Source: Squalus acanthias
Taxonomy: Eukaryota
Length of the DNA: 64,000 nt
NCBI GenBank assembly: GCA_030390025.1
Contig: JASTWF010000035.1
Location: 1,054,001-1,118,000, forward strand
Direction: 5' to 3'
Shown here piece after piece: positions 24,986-37,459 of the stretch (within the stretch, counting starts at the first letter, position 1; every line of letters starts with the position of its first letter). The notes under the pieces are model-generated. The model was not told the DNA's origin. It searched no databases and saw only the letters and a list, made by a program, of their open reading frames with translations. The position numbers were made by a program, and so were the translations under genes.

Positions 24986-25104
24986 AGCGTTCTGACGTGT
25001 TGGCAGGGAGTGGCTTTTCAGCAGGTGAAGTGAGCTGGGTGGAGTCCACGATTGGGTGGATTGGACAACTAGGTCGAATGGCCTTTTCTCATTCCATGTT
25101 TCCA

Positions 25105-25425
25105 GTGATTGAGGGTCTAGAACAAGGGGACATAGATATAAGATTAAATGCAAGTGATTTAGGACAGAGAGCAGGAGAAACATTTATTGCACAAAGGGTT
25201 GTGAGGCTGTGGAATGCAAAACTGGAGTTAGTGACTGAAGCAGAGACCATGTCAACTGTTAAGAATAGGTTAGAGAGGTTGGTGAAGGAAAGGGGAATAA
25301 AGGAATGTAGGGCCCGTGCAGGCACATGGGATTAGGATACTGCTCGTGTGGAGAATAAACACCAACATGGACTGGTTGGGTCGAATGGCCCATTTCTGTG
25401 TTGTAATTTCTGTGTAATTCTGTTA
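25105..25425 (+). mobile_element. CR1 3' end fragment
   Basis: ORF remnant FIAQRVVRLWN and a CR1 tail with (TTCTGT)-type repeats. Confidence 0.75.
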
Positions 25426-25517
25426 TCCTATAACTGCACACTGCTGCTTTCTCAGCTCTCTGTCTGGGGTCATTGTATGTCGAACTCTCCACTGATCTGA
25501 CGTCAACATCCAACGAC

Positions 25518-28500
25518 ATCATAGAATCATAGACATTTACAGCACAGAAGGAGACCATTCGGCCCATCTTGTCCATGGCGGCCAACAAAGAGCTATCCAC
25601 CCTAATCCCACTTCCCAGCACTTGATCCGTAGCCTTGTAGGTTATGGCACTTCAAGTGTATATCCAAGTACTTTTTAAATGTGATGAGAGTCTCTGCCTC
25701 TACCTCCCTTTTAGGCAGTGAGTTCCAGACCCTCACCACACTCTGGGTGAAAAAATTTCTCCTCAAATCCCCTCGAAACCTCCGACCAATTATTTAAAAT
25801 CTATGCCCCCTGGTTATTGACCCTTCTGCTAAGGGAAATAGGTCCTTCCTATCCACTCTATCTGGGCCCCTCATAATTTTATACACCTCAATCAGGTCCC
25901 CCCTCAGCCTCTTCTGTTCCAAAGAAAACAACCCCAGCCTATCCAATCTTTCCTCATAGCTAAAATTCTTCAGTCCTGGCAACATCCTCGTAAATCTCCT
26001 CTGCACCCCCTCTAGTGCAATCACATCCTTCCTGTAATTTGGTGACCGGAACTGCACACAGTATTCTAGCTGCGGCCTAACTAGTGTTTTCTCCAGTTGA
26101 AGCATAAACCCCCTGCTCTTGTATTCCATACCACGGCTAATAAAGGGAAGTATCCCGTATGCCTTCTTAACCACCTTATCTACCTGTCCTGCTACCTTCA
26201 GGGATCTGTGGACATGCACTCCAAGGTCCCTCTGATCTTCTGCACTTCTCAGTGTCCTACCATTTAATGTGTATTCCCTTGCCTTGTTAGCCCTCCCCAA
26301 ATGCATTACCTCACACTTCTCCAGATTGAATTCCATTTGCCACTGTTCTGCCCACCTGACCAGTCCATTGATATCTTCCTGCAGTCTGCAGCTTAGAACA
26401 TAAGAAATAGGAGCAGGAGTAGGCCAATCGGCCCTTCGAGTCTGCTCCGCCATTCAATAAGATCATGGCTGATCTGATCCTCACCTCAAATCTAAAGAAC
26501 ACAAGAAGTAGGAGCGGGACCCGGCCACTCAGCCCCTGGGCCCGCTACGCCACCCACAGGGCCTCGACCGATCCGAACTCAGCCTCATGTCCAATTTCCT
26601 GCCCGCTCCCCGTAACCCCTAATTCCCTTTACTTCTAGGAAACTGTCTATTTCTGTTTTAAATTTATTTAATGATGTAGCTTCCACAGCTTCCTGGGGCA
26701 GCAAATTCCACAGACCTACTACCCTCTGAGTGAAGAAATTTCTCCTCATCTCAGTTTTGAAAGAGCAGCCCCTTATTCGAAGATTATGCCCCCTAGTTCT
26801 AGTTTCACCCATCCTTGGGAACATCCTTACCGCATCCACCCGATCAACCTCCTTCACAATCTTATATGTTTCAATAAGATCGCCTCTCATTCTTCTGAAC
26901 TCCAATGAGTAGAGTCCCAATCTACTCAACCTCTCCTCGTATGTCCACCCCCTCATCCCCGGGATTAACCGAGTGAACCTTCTTTGTACTGCCTCGAGAG
27001 CAAGTATGTCTTTTCTTAAGTATGGACACCAAAACTGTATGCAGTATTCCAGATGCGGTCTCACCAATACCTTATATAACTGCAGCAATACCTCCCTGTT
27101 TTTATAATCTATCCCCCTAGCAATAAAAGCCAACATTCCGTTGGCCTTCTTGATCACCTGCTGCACCTGCATACTAACTTTTTGATTTTCTTGCACTAGG
27201 ACCCCCAGATCCCTTTGTACTGCAGTACTTTCCAGTTTCTCGCCATTAAGATAATAACTTGCTCTCTGATTTTTCCTGCCAAAGTGCATAACCTCACATT
27301 TTCCAATATTGTATTGCATCTGCCAAATCTCTGCCCACTCACCCAGCTTGTCTATATCCCCTTGTAGGTTTTTTATGTCCTCCTCACTTTCTACTTTCCC
27401 TCCAATCTTTGTATCATCTGCAAACTTTGATATGTTACACTCGGTCCCCTCCTCCAAATCGTTAATATAGATTGTAAAGAGTTGGGGACCCAGCACCGAC
27501 CCCTGCGGAACACCACTGGCTACTGGTTGCCAGTCCGAGAATGAACCATTTATCCCAACTCTCTGCTTCCTGTTAGATAACCAATCCTCCACCCATGCCA
27601 GAATATTCCCCCCAATCCAGTGATTTTTTATCTTGTGCAATAATCTTTTATGTGGCACCTTGTCGAATGCCTTCTGGAAGTCTAAATACACTACGTCCAT
27701 TGGTTCCCCTTTATCCACCCTGTACGTTATGTCCTCAAAGAACTCAAGCAAATTTGTCAGACATGATTTCCCCTTCATAAAGCCATGCTGACTTTGTCCT
27801 ATCAAATTATGTTTATCTAAATGTTCCGTTACTGTCTCCTTAATAATAGACTCCAAAATTTTACCCACCACAGATGTTAGACTAACTGGTCTATAATTTC
27901 CAGCTTTCTGCCTACTACCCTTTTTAAATAAGGGTGTTACATTAGCAGTTTTCCAATCTGCCGGGACCTTTGCTGATTCCAGGGAATTTTGGAAAATTAT
28001 TACCAAAGCATCCACAATCCCTATTGCCACTTCCCTCAAGACCCCAGGATGTAAGCCATCAGGTCCAGGGGATTTATCCGCCTTGAGTCCCATTATTTTA
28101 CTGAGTACCAATTCCTTAGTGATTTTAATCGTATTTAGCTCCTCCCCCCCTAGAGCCCCCTGTTTGTCCAGTGTTGGGATATTCTTAGTGTCCTCTACCG
28201 TAAAGACTGAAACAAAATATTTGTTCAGCATTTTTGCCATCTCCATGTTTCCCACCATTAATTTCCCGGTCTCATCCTCTAAGGGACCTACGCTTGCCTT
28301 AGCCACCCTTTTTCTTTTTATATAACTATAGAAACTCTTGCTATCTGTTTTTATATTTTTTGCTAATTTATTTTCATAATCTATCTTCCCTTTCTTAATC
28401 AATCCTTTAGTTACTTTTTGCTGTCTTTTGAAGACTTCCCAATCTTCTATTCTCCCACTAAGTTTGGCTACCTTATATGTCCTTGTTTTTAGTTGGATAC

Positions 28501-29735
28501 TATCCTTAATTTCTTTACTTAGCCACGGATGGCTGTCATTTCTTTTACACCCTTTTTTCCTCAGTGGAATATATATTTTTTGAAAGTTGTAAAATAACTC
28601 CTTAAATGAACACCACTGCTCATGTACCGTCTTACCCTTTAATCTATTTTCCCAGTCCACTTTAATCAATTCCGCTCTCATACCATCATAGTCTCCTTTA
28701 TTCAAGCTCAGTACGCTTGTCTGAGAACCAACCTTCTCACCCTCTAATTGGATATGGAATTCAACCATGTTATGGTCACTCATTCCAAAGAAATCCTTAA
28801 CTAGGACATTATTAATTAATCCTGACTCATTACACAGGACCAGGTCCAAGGTTGCTTGCCCCCTTGTAGGATCAGTTACATACTGCTCAAGAAATCCATC
28901 CCTAATACACTCAATAAACTCTTCCTCAAGGCTGCCCTGCCCAATTTGATTTGTCCAGTTAATATGATAGTTAAAATCCCCCATAATGATAGCTGTTCCC
29001 TTATTACATGCCCCAACTATTTCCTGATTAATACTTCTTCCAGCAGAGTTGCAACTATTAGGAGGCCTATATACTACTCCCACTAGTGTTTTTTTCCCCT
29101 TTATTATTCCTTATCTCCACCCAAACTGTTTCATTATCCTGATCCTTTGACCCAATATCATTTCTCTGTAATACAGTGATTCCTTCCTTTATTAACATAG
29201 CTACCCCACCTCCTCTTCCTTCCTGTCTGTCCTTCCTGATTGTTAAATACCCTGGCATATTTAATTCCCAGTCGTTGTCACCCTTTGTCAAGCTTTCTTC
29301 TTCATTATCAACCACACGGCCAATTTTGTATCATCTGCAAACTTCCTAATCCTACTTCCTACATTCAAGTCCAAATCATTGATTGATATATACCACAAAA
29401 AGCAAAGGACCCAGTACTGAGCCCTGCGGAACCGCACTGGAAACAGCCTTCCAGTCACAAAAGCAACCTTCGACCATTACCCTTTGTTTCCTGCCTCTGA
29501 GCCAACTTGCCACTTTGCCTTGGATCCCATGGGCTTTTACTTTCGTGACATGTCTGCCATGCGGGACCTTATCAAAAGCCTTGCTAAAATCCATATAGAC
29601 TACATCAATCACACTACCCTCATCGACCCTCCTTGTTACCTCCTCAAAAAATTCAATTAAGATAGTCAGACACGACCTTCCCTAAAAAAATCCATGCTGA
29701 CTGTCGCTGATTAATCCGTGTCTTTCTAATCATGC
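25518..29735 (-). mobile_element. Older CR1 (25518-26394 plus 29291-29735) interrupted by a younger CR1
   Basis: RT coding continues across the insertion; AGCTT is duplicated at 26390-26394 and 29291-29295. Confidence 0.85.
26395..29290 (-). mobile_element. Young CR1, 5'-truncated in the APE domain, with doubled 3' tail; ORF2 open 26585-29083
   Basis: 832-aa APE-RT frame; 1-bp frameshift near 29100 relative to the copy at 53.5-57.3 kb; TSD AGCTT. Confidence 0.95.
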
Positions 29736-30024
29736 GCCCACTCATGGACCAGTAATTTAATGCTCCAGCTCGGGATCATTCAAGAGGCAGTTAGATGCTG
29801 TGATGGAAGGGTGTGCTTGAAGGGCCGAATGGCCTCCACATTGCTACTCATCTGTGTTAATCTCTGTCCAATGCTTAGGACAGACTTGTCAATGTAAATG
29901 ATTTCTTTATTGTCTGCCTCATTTGTTACTTGAGTGGGTATTAGGAGCAGGACAATCTGTGACATGTCTTTTGTGAGCTCAGGGGACATTCAGTAACTTA
30001 TTATTCAGCACTGCACATAAAGTG

Positions 30025-30500
30025 AGGTGCACAGAACTGGACACAGCTGGAGTATTGTGTCCAATTCTGGGCACCACAATTTAGGAAGGATGTCAAGGCC
30101 TTGGAGAGGGCGCAGAGGAAATTTACTAGAATGACTTCAGTTATGTGGAGGGACTAGAGAAGCTGGGGTAAATAAGGAGAAACTGTTTCCCCTGGCTGGA
30201 GGGTTGGTAACTAGAGGACATCGATTTAAGGAAATTGGCAAAAAACACCGATGGGAGATGAGATTTTTTTTTTACTCAGCGAGTTGTTATGATCTGGAAT
30301 GCGCTGCCTGAAAGGGCGGTGGAAGCAGATTCAATAGTAACTTTCAAAAGGGAATTGGATAAATACTTGAAAAGGAAAAAGTTTGCAGGGTCGTGGGGAT
30401 GGAGCAAGGGAGTGGGACTAATTGAGTAACTCTTTCAAAGAGCCAGCACAAGCACGAAGGGCCGAATGGCCTCCAACTGTGTTGTAATATTCTATGATAC
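30025..30500 (+). mobile_element. Degraded CR1 3' fragment
   Basis: [14 protein letters not shown] coding remnant and CR1 tail (TTCTATGAT). Confidence 0.8.
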
Positions 30501-30609
30501 CTGTTAATGGCGTGGTCCGGAAACCAGCACAATTCTGTTGTCTCTTTTCCATTAGCCTATGAATACACTGCCCCTTCCTTGTCTCCTTGCCAGTATCAGT
30601 GTATTCTAT

Positions 30610-30815
30610 AATAAAAACAGAAAATGCTAGAAATACTCAGCAGGTCAGAACTGGAAAAAGTTACATCTCTAACCTTTTCCAGCTCTGACAGCAGGTCATC
30701 GACATGAAACGTTTACTCTGTTTCTCTCTCCACGGATGCTGCCTAACCTGCTGAGTGTTTCCAGCATTTTCTGTTTCTATTTCAGAATTTCAGCATCTGC
30801 AGTATTTTGCTTTTA
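30610..30815 (+). mobile_element. Short Penelope-type remnant with inverted repeat and degenerate hammerhead motif
   Basis: AAAACAGAAAATGCTAGAAATACTCAGCAGG pairs with CCTGCTGAGTGTTTCCAGCATTTTCTGTTT; internal CTGACAGC-AGGTCATCGACAT-GAAACGTT. Confidence 0.6.
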
Positions 30816-31049
30816 GCATTATCAGTATTCTATATTTTGTCCCCCATGATTTCAAGGGGAGGGGTGAACAATGAGGCTGCAGACACAATTTATTTCAATC
30901 TGGCCCCATACTGAATTTCAATAGCTCGGGTGAGCCCAGCCATTTAAAATTGGTACATGACAGGGAAGCAAGCCTGGCCCTGCTTTGCAATGTTTGCTGA
31001 ATGGTGAAGTTATGTTTTTTGGCTCGGACCACTTCTCTAATTGGCAATG

Positions 31050-31350
31050 ATTTTCATGTTTCCACCCCACCACAGCACTGAAATGGCCTTTATCAAAGTC
31101 ACAAATGACATCCTATGTGACTGTGACCATGGTAAACAATCCCCTCTCATCCTTCTTGACCTGTCTGCAGCTTTTGACACGGTTGACCACACCATCCTCC
31201 TGCAACGCCTCTCCTCCATCATCCAGCTAGGTGGGACTGCACTCGCCCATTTCCATTCTTATAAATCCAGTCGTAGCAATGGCTTCTCTTCCAGCTCCTG
31301 CACCTCGGAATCCCACAAGGATCTATCCTTGGCCCCCCTCCTATTTCTAC
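31050..31350 (+). mobile_element. L2-clade LINE RT fragment
   Basis: HSTEMAFIKVTNDIL...LILLDLSAAFDTVDHTILLQRL is the L2-type RT signature. Confidence 0.85.
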
Positions 31351-31602
31351 TTCTCTAATTGTGCATTCAATGAATTTGATTTTTGTCTACATTTCTGCCC
31401 TTTTGCTGAAGCCTTCAGTTTATAAAGTTACACTTTCCTGGCGTCCTTACAATCTCTGTGGCTGCACAAGTTGCACCTAACAAGCTTGGGGGAGATGTGA
31501 ATCCCCTGGCTATTCCCATAAGATTTCAGCAATCAACAGAAGAGAGCTTGGGGATTTGCAGCAGTAGTTGGCTTCCCTCACGTGCAGGACATACAGGAAG
31601 TT

Positions 31603-33450
31603 AGGAAACATAGAAACATAGAAGATAGGAGCAGGAGTAGGCCATTCGGCCCCTCGAGCCCGCTCCGCCATTCAATGAGATCATGGCTGATCATCCAAAT
31701 TCAGTATCCTGTCCCTGCCTTCTCCCCATATCCCTTGATCCCTTTAGCTGTAAGAAATATATCTAACTCCTTCTTGAATATATTTAATGAATTGGCCTCA
31801 ACTGCCTTGTGTGGTAGAGAATTCCACAGGTTCGCCACTCTCTGGGTGAAGAAATTCCTCCTCATCTCAGTCCTAAATGGCTTACCCCTTATCCTTAGAT
31901 TGTGACCCCTGGTTCTGGACTCCCCCGCCATCGGGAACATCCTTCCTGCATCTAGTCTGTCTAGTCCTGTTAGAATTTTATAAGTTTCAATGAGATCCCC
32001 TCTCATTCTTCTAAACTCTAACGAATATAAGCCTAATCGACCCAATCTCTCCTCATACGTCATTTCTGCCATCCCAGGTATCAGTCTGGTGAATCTTCGC
32101 TGCACTCTCTCCATGGCAAGAACATCCTTCCTCAGATAAGGCGACCAAAACTGCACACAATACTCAAGGTGTGGTCTCACCAAGGCCCTGTACAACTGCA
32201 GCAAGACATCCTTGCTCCTGTACTCGAATCCTCTCGCTATGAAGGCCAACATACCATTTGCCTTCTTAACCGCCTGCTGCACCTGCATGCTTACCTTCAG
32301 CGACTGGTGCACAAGGACACCCAGGTCTTGTTGCACTTCCCCTTTTCCCAATCTATTGCCGTTCAGACAATAATCTGTCTTCCTGTTCTTGCCACCGAAG
32401 TGGATAACCTCGCATTTATCCACATTATACTGCATTTGCCATGCATCTGCCCAATCACCCAACCTGTCCAAATCATACTGGAGTTTCTCTGCATCCTCCT
32501 CACAGCACACACGCCCACCCAGCTTTGTGTCGTCTGTAAACTTGGAGATATTACATCTAGTTCCCTCGTCTAGATCATTTATATATATTGTGAATAGCTG
32601 GGGTCCTAGCACCGATCCCTGCGGTACCCCACTAGTCACTGCCTGCCACTCGGAAAAAGACCCGTTTATTCCAACTCTTTGCTTCCTGTCTGCCAACCAG
32701 TTCTCTACCCAAGTCAGTACATTACCCCCAATCCCATGTGCTTTAACTTTGCATGCTAATCTCTTATGCGGGACCTTATCGAAAGCTTTCTGAAAGTCCA
32801 AATACACCACATCCACTGGTTCTCCCTTATCTATTCTACCAGTTACATCCTCAAAAAATTCCAGTAGATTAGTCAAGCATGATTTACCTTTTGTAAATCC
32901 ATGTTGACTTTGTCCGATCCTGTCACTGTTTTTCAAGTGCTCTGCTATTACATATTTTATAATGGACTCTAGCATTTTACCCACTACCGATGTCAGGCTT
33001 ACCGGTCTATAATTCCCCGTTTTCTCTCTACCACCTTTTTTAAATAGTGGGGTTACATTAGCTATCCTCCAATCCATGGGAACTGTTCCATAGTCTATAG
33101 AATTTTGGAAGATGACCAGCAATGCATCTGCTATTTCTAGGGCCACTTCCTTAAGTACCCTAGGATGTAGATTATCAGGCCCTGGGGATTTATCGGCCTT
33201 CAATCCCGTCAATTTCCCTAACACCATTTCCCTACAAATACTGATTTCATTCAATTCCTCCCTCTCATTAGACCCTATGTTCCCCGACATCTCTGGGAGG
33301 TTATTTGTGTCCTCCTTTGTGAAGACAGAACCAAAGTATGTATTTAATTGGTCTGCCATTTCTTTGTTCCCCATTATAAATTCCCCTGATCCTGACTGCA
33401 AGGGAACTACGCTTGACTTCACCAATCTTTTTCTCTTCACATATCTATAG
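31603..33450 (-). mobile_element. 5'-truncated CR1; RT and C-terminal frame open (31701-33440)
   Basis: 579-aa frame closely related to ORF2 at 16204 (FTDD in place of FADD); tail (TATGTTTC)n near 31605-31622. Confidence 0.95.
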
Positions 33451-33452
33451 AT

Positions 33453-34118
33453 GAGCCCACTGCTGGGGCCTGCTGGTGCTGGGAGATCCCAGTGCTGGAC
33501 CTGCTGATGCTGTGAACGCCCAATGCTGGAGCCTGCTGGTGCTGAGAGCCCAGTACTGGGGCCTGCTGATGCTGGTAGATCCCAGTGCTGGGGCCTGCTG
33601 GTGCTGGAAGAGCCCAGTACTGGGGCCTGCTGATGCTGGAAGAGCCCAGTACTGGGGCCTGCTGGTGCTGGATGAGCCCAGTACTGGGGCCTGCTGGTGC
33701 TGGATGAGCCCAGTACTGGGGCCTGCTGGTGCTGGATGAGCCCAGTACTGGGGCCTGCTGGTGCTGGAAGAGCCCAGTACTGGGGCCTGCTGGTGCTAGA
33801 AGAGCTCAGTGCTGGGGTTTGCTGGTGCTGAGAGGCCAGTGCTGGTGCCTGCTGGTGCTGGGAGATCCCAGAGCTGGGACCTGCTGGTGCTCAGAGCCCA
33901 GTGCTGGGACCTGCTGCTGCTGGGAAAGCCCAGTGCTGAGGCCTGCTGGAGCTGGGAGAGCCCAGGATTGGTGCTGGTGCTGGGAGATCCCAGTGCTGGG
34001 GCCTGCTGGAGCTGGGAGAGTCCAGTGCTGGGGCCTGCTGGAGCTGGGAGATCCCAGTGCTGGGGCCTGCTGGAGCTGGGAGGCCCCAGTATTGGTGCTG
34101 GTGCTGGGAAATCTCAGT
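33453..34118. repeat. About 32-bp minisatellite GAGCCCAGTACTGGGGCCTGCTGGTGCTGGAT, about 20 units
   Basis: Period 32 (33674 vs 33706); contains the perfect palindrome CCCAGTACTGGG; ends about 100 bp before exon 2. Confidence 0.95.
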
Positions 34119-34215
34119 ATTGCAGACTGTAACTGTGCAGCCTGTCAAATAACATAAACACTGTGAGCTGATCTTTGTCGAAATGCCATTAAATCTCCCC
34201 ATGTTTTTCAAACAG

Positions 34216-34325
34216 GAGATCGATTTAGCCAGCAAAAGCTCTTTGAAGAACTCAAGGATTACAAGTTCGTAGTCCCACATGTTTTATCAGGGAAACGGAA
34301 GCGGAGTGTAGCCGTACTGCCACAG
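34216..34325 (+). CDS. ADAM-family prodomain exon 2 (phase 1 to 0): (G)DRFSQQKLFEELKDYKFVVPHVLSGKRKRSVAVLPQ
   Basis: Acceptor TTTTTCAAACAG|, donor CAG|GTAATT, 110 nt open frame; Y-x-x-V-x-P...R-x-K/R-R-like pattern typical of the start of ADAM prodomains. Confidence 0.88.
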
Positions 34326-34399
34326 GTAATTATTCTGACAGGGTCTACTGTCTGATTGCATTTACTCAACCCAGCCTGTTGTTCCACCCCATCTGCTGC

Positions 34400-34976
34400 A
34401 ATGGTCTAAATCCTTCCAACGGTTTTAACGGAGGTGGGAGGGGTCGGAAAGCCCACCCACTCCCAGGAGGCGGGCCACTCATTTAAATATTATAATGAAG
34501 CAGGCGTGCTTCAGATTTATCCTGCATTTTAAATTTAACTGCGGCTGGCCGGGTTTCGCAGGCCTCGGGAAACCCGACAGTTAATGGAAGGCGAGGACTG
34601 CTGGATCCAGGAGGTACGTGCCTTTACACTTATCTCCTGGATCCACCTTCGCTGTCTAACCCACCACCCCTGATTGGAGACCTTCCATGAGGCCTCCGAT
34701 CCTCCACCTGCCCCTTCCAGGCCTCTGATCCCCCCCGCCCCCCCCCCCGCCCCCCCGGCCCCAATGTTCTCTCCCTCCCCCCCCCCCCCCCCCCCATGGC
34801 TCCCGATGTTCTCTGCCTCCAGGTCCTGACACCCACCCCCCCCCCGGCCCCCACGCGATCCCTCCCTCCCTCCTCTCTGTGGCCTAGTGCCACAGGCCTA
34901 CCCAGCTGGCAGGCTGCGGGTGGGAAACAGAGGTTTCAAATCAGGCCCTGCCATTAAATTGGGCAAATTCCGGCCC
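34400..34976. mobile_element. Possible MITE remnant with long poly-C tracts
   Basis: Right end AAATTCCGGCCC resembles Harbinger-type TIRs; left TIR not convincingly found. Confidence 0.35.
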
Positions 34977-35243
34977 ATGAGTTCAAATCTCACCATGGCA
35001 GTTGGAAAATTGGAATGCAGTTTAAAAAGAATGTGGCAATAAAAAGCTGGTATCAGTAAAAGTGACCATGAAGGATTGTCATTTAAAACCCAACTGGTTC
35101 ACTAATGTCCTTTATGGAAGGAAACCTGCCGTCCTTTCCTGGTCTGGACTATGCGCTCCACACCAATGTGGTTGATTCGTATCAAATTCAGGGTAACTAG
35201 GGATGGGCCATAAATGCCTGCCTTGCCAGCAATGCCCACAAGA
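34977..35243 (+). mobile_element. tRNA-derived SINE (B box to tail) sharing its 3' tail with the LINE at 41960-43145
   Basis: GAGTTCAAATC B box; tail GGGATGGGCCATAAATGCCTGCCTTGCCAGCAATGCCCACA matches the reverse complement of about 41977-42020. Confidence 0.7.
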
Positions 35244-36001
35244 CCATAAGAATTAGGAACAGGAGTAGACCATACGGCCCTTCGAGCCTGCTCTGCCATT
35301 CAATAAGATCATGGCTGATCTTCGACCTCAACTCCACTTTCCTGCCCGATCCCCATATCCCTTGATTCCCCTAGAGTCCAAAAGTCTATCGATCTCAGCC
35401 TTCAATATACTCAACGACTCACCATCCACAGCCTTATGGGGCAGAGAATTCCAAAGATTCACAAGCCTCTGAGTGAAGAAATTCCTCCTCATCTTAAATG
35501 GCTGACCCCTTATCCTGAGACTATGGGGGGAAAATTTGGTTGGTTAGCGCCTCTGGGGGGTGCTAACAGGGCGCGAGCAACTTAACGCCCAAGCGCGGCG
35601 ATTTTAGCGCCGATTGCGAAATTGACCTGTTGTTTTGCGCTGGCGCTAAACACTACTGCCACGATCTCCTGCGCCCGCAGATCGTGACGTCATGCAAGTG
35701 TGCAACGCCCCGATAGCGCCACGGACTGGAAATCGAGTCGCACCCCCTGCCTTAACGCCTGCCGCTAGGAATGACAGGTAGAGGTGAATGTTTTCAAGTC
35801 GGGAAGGGGCTGGGGAAGCGCTATTTAAAGGCGTGTACTTCCTCCCTTTTCTTGTCGGCAAAATTTTTGGTGCACGCAGGTTCAGAGGGAGAGAGATGTC
35901 TGGAGAGATTTAACGCTGTCCTAAGGAGTTTTGGGTCCTCAGCACCACTTTTGAGTTTCCTATTTATTTGACCTTCATATTTAGCATATTTAGAAGCTTT
36001 T

Positions 36002-37150
36002 ATGGGGATTGCACTAACTCGGGAAGTCGTCCTCCAGCTTCACCTTCGGAGGCAGCAGAGGCGCAGAGAGAGAGTGGCAAACGTGGCCAGAGGGAGGAGG
36101 GCCAACAGGCCTCTGCACAGTAGACCTTACCCTCCCAGGGTATTCCGGGAGCAATTCTCCTATATTCATTTGTCTGAGGAGCAGTGTTTCCGAAGGCTGC
36201 GCTTCAGCAAGGAGGTGGTCACTGAGCTCTGCCATCTCCTGCAACCAGATCTGCAGCCTCAGCTCAGGACCAGGATGTCTCTGTCGGTGGCAGTGAAGGT
36301 GACGGTGGCTCTTAATTTCTATGCCAGCAGCTCCTTCCAGGCTTCAACTGGGGACATAGTGAGTATCTCCCAGTTCACTCTTCATTGTTGCATCTGGGAG
36401 GTGACAAATGCTCTGTATAAAAGGAGATGCCAGTACATCTCTTTGCCCATGACCCGGGACTAACGGCATGAACACGCATGTGGCTTTGCTGGGATAGTGG
36501 GCTTCCCCGTGGTTCAGGGCGCCATTGACTGCACGCATGTGGCATTGCGGGCACCTCATGAGAATGCAGAGGTGTTCCGAAACTGCAAGGGCTTCCACTC
36601 TCTGAACGTCCAGTTGGTCTGTGACCACAGACAATGCATCCTCGCCGTCAATGCCCGCTATCCTGGCAGCAGCCATGATGCTTTTATCCTGCGCCAGACT
36701 GGTGCCGCAGACCTCTTCCAACCACCACGTCAACCTAGTGGATGGCTCCTCATGGACAAGGGTTATCCACTCTGCACCTGGCTGATGACACCGCTCCGTA
36801 ACTCCAACACCCCTGCCGAGCTGCAATACAATGCTAGCCATAGCGCCACCAGGAACCTCATAGAGCAGACGATCGGTGTCTTGAAACAACGGTTCTGGTG
36901 TCTTGACCACTCAGGAGGAGCCCTGCAGTACTCTCCTGAGTGAGTCTTGCTTTTCATTGTTGTGAGCTGCATGCTTCACAACCTTGCAATCATGAGGACC
37001 CAGCCATTGCCACCAGGGATTGGTGCACCACCTCAGGAGGAGGAAGAGGAGGATGAAGAGGAGGATCAGCAGCACCAACATGGGAGGGAGGAGCACAATG
37101 TTGCCACTGCAAGGACCATCCGTGAACGGCTCATAAGACACCGCTTCTAA
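36002..37150 (+). pseudogene. Harbinger DDE transposase with two in-frame stops (36461, 36941)
   Basis: Three ORF-track pieces lie in one frame; GAIDCTH, DKGY and RNLIEQTIG motifs; colinear with 45478-46638. Confidence 0.93.
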
Positions 37151-37459
37151 CCATTTACAGAGAAGATGGCTTCTGGGATGAAGAAGCACATCATCACAAG
37201 CATCCCGCACCCCCTATTGCCAGGCAAAGCTGCAATGAATCAAATCAGCAAAGATGTAAAGTAACAATAAAATGTTTTATTTATATTACAAACTCTGTGT
37301 CATTTATTCAGGACAAACAATTAGAAACAAACCCAACAATTCATGAACTAACAAAACTCGTTCTGACAACATAGAGATAAATGGCAAAACAGTAAACAAA
37401 TATAATAACATCAACATCGAACTTTCCCACAAACATTCCCCCCATTTATTTAAAGATTC

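Noticed and set aside
33476..34280. Trp/Cys/Gly-rich ORFs
   Set aside because: Translations of the 32-bp minisatellite; the real exon is 34216-34325 on +.
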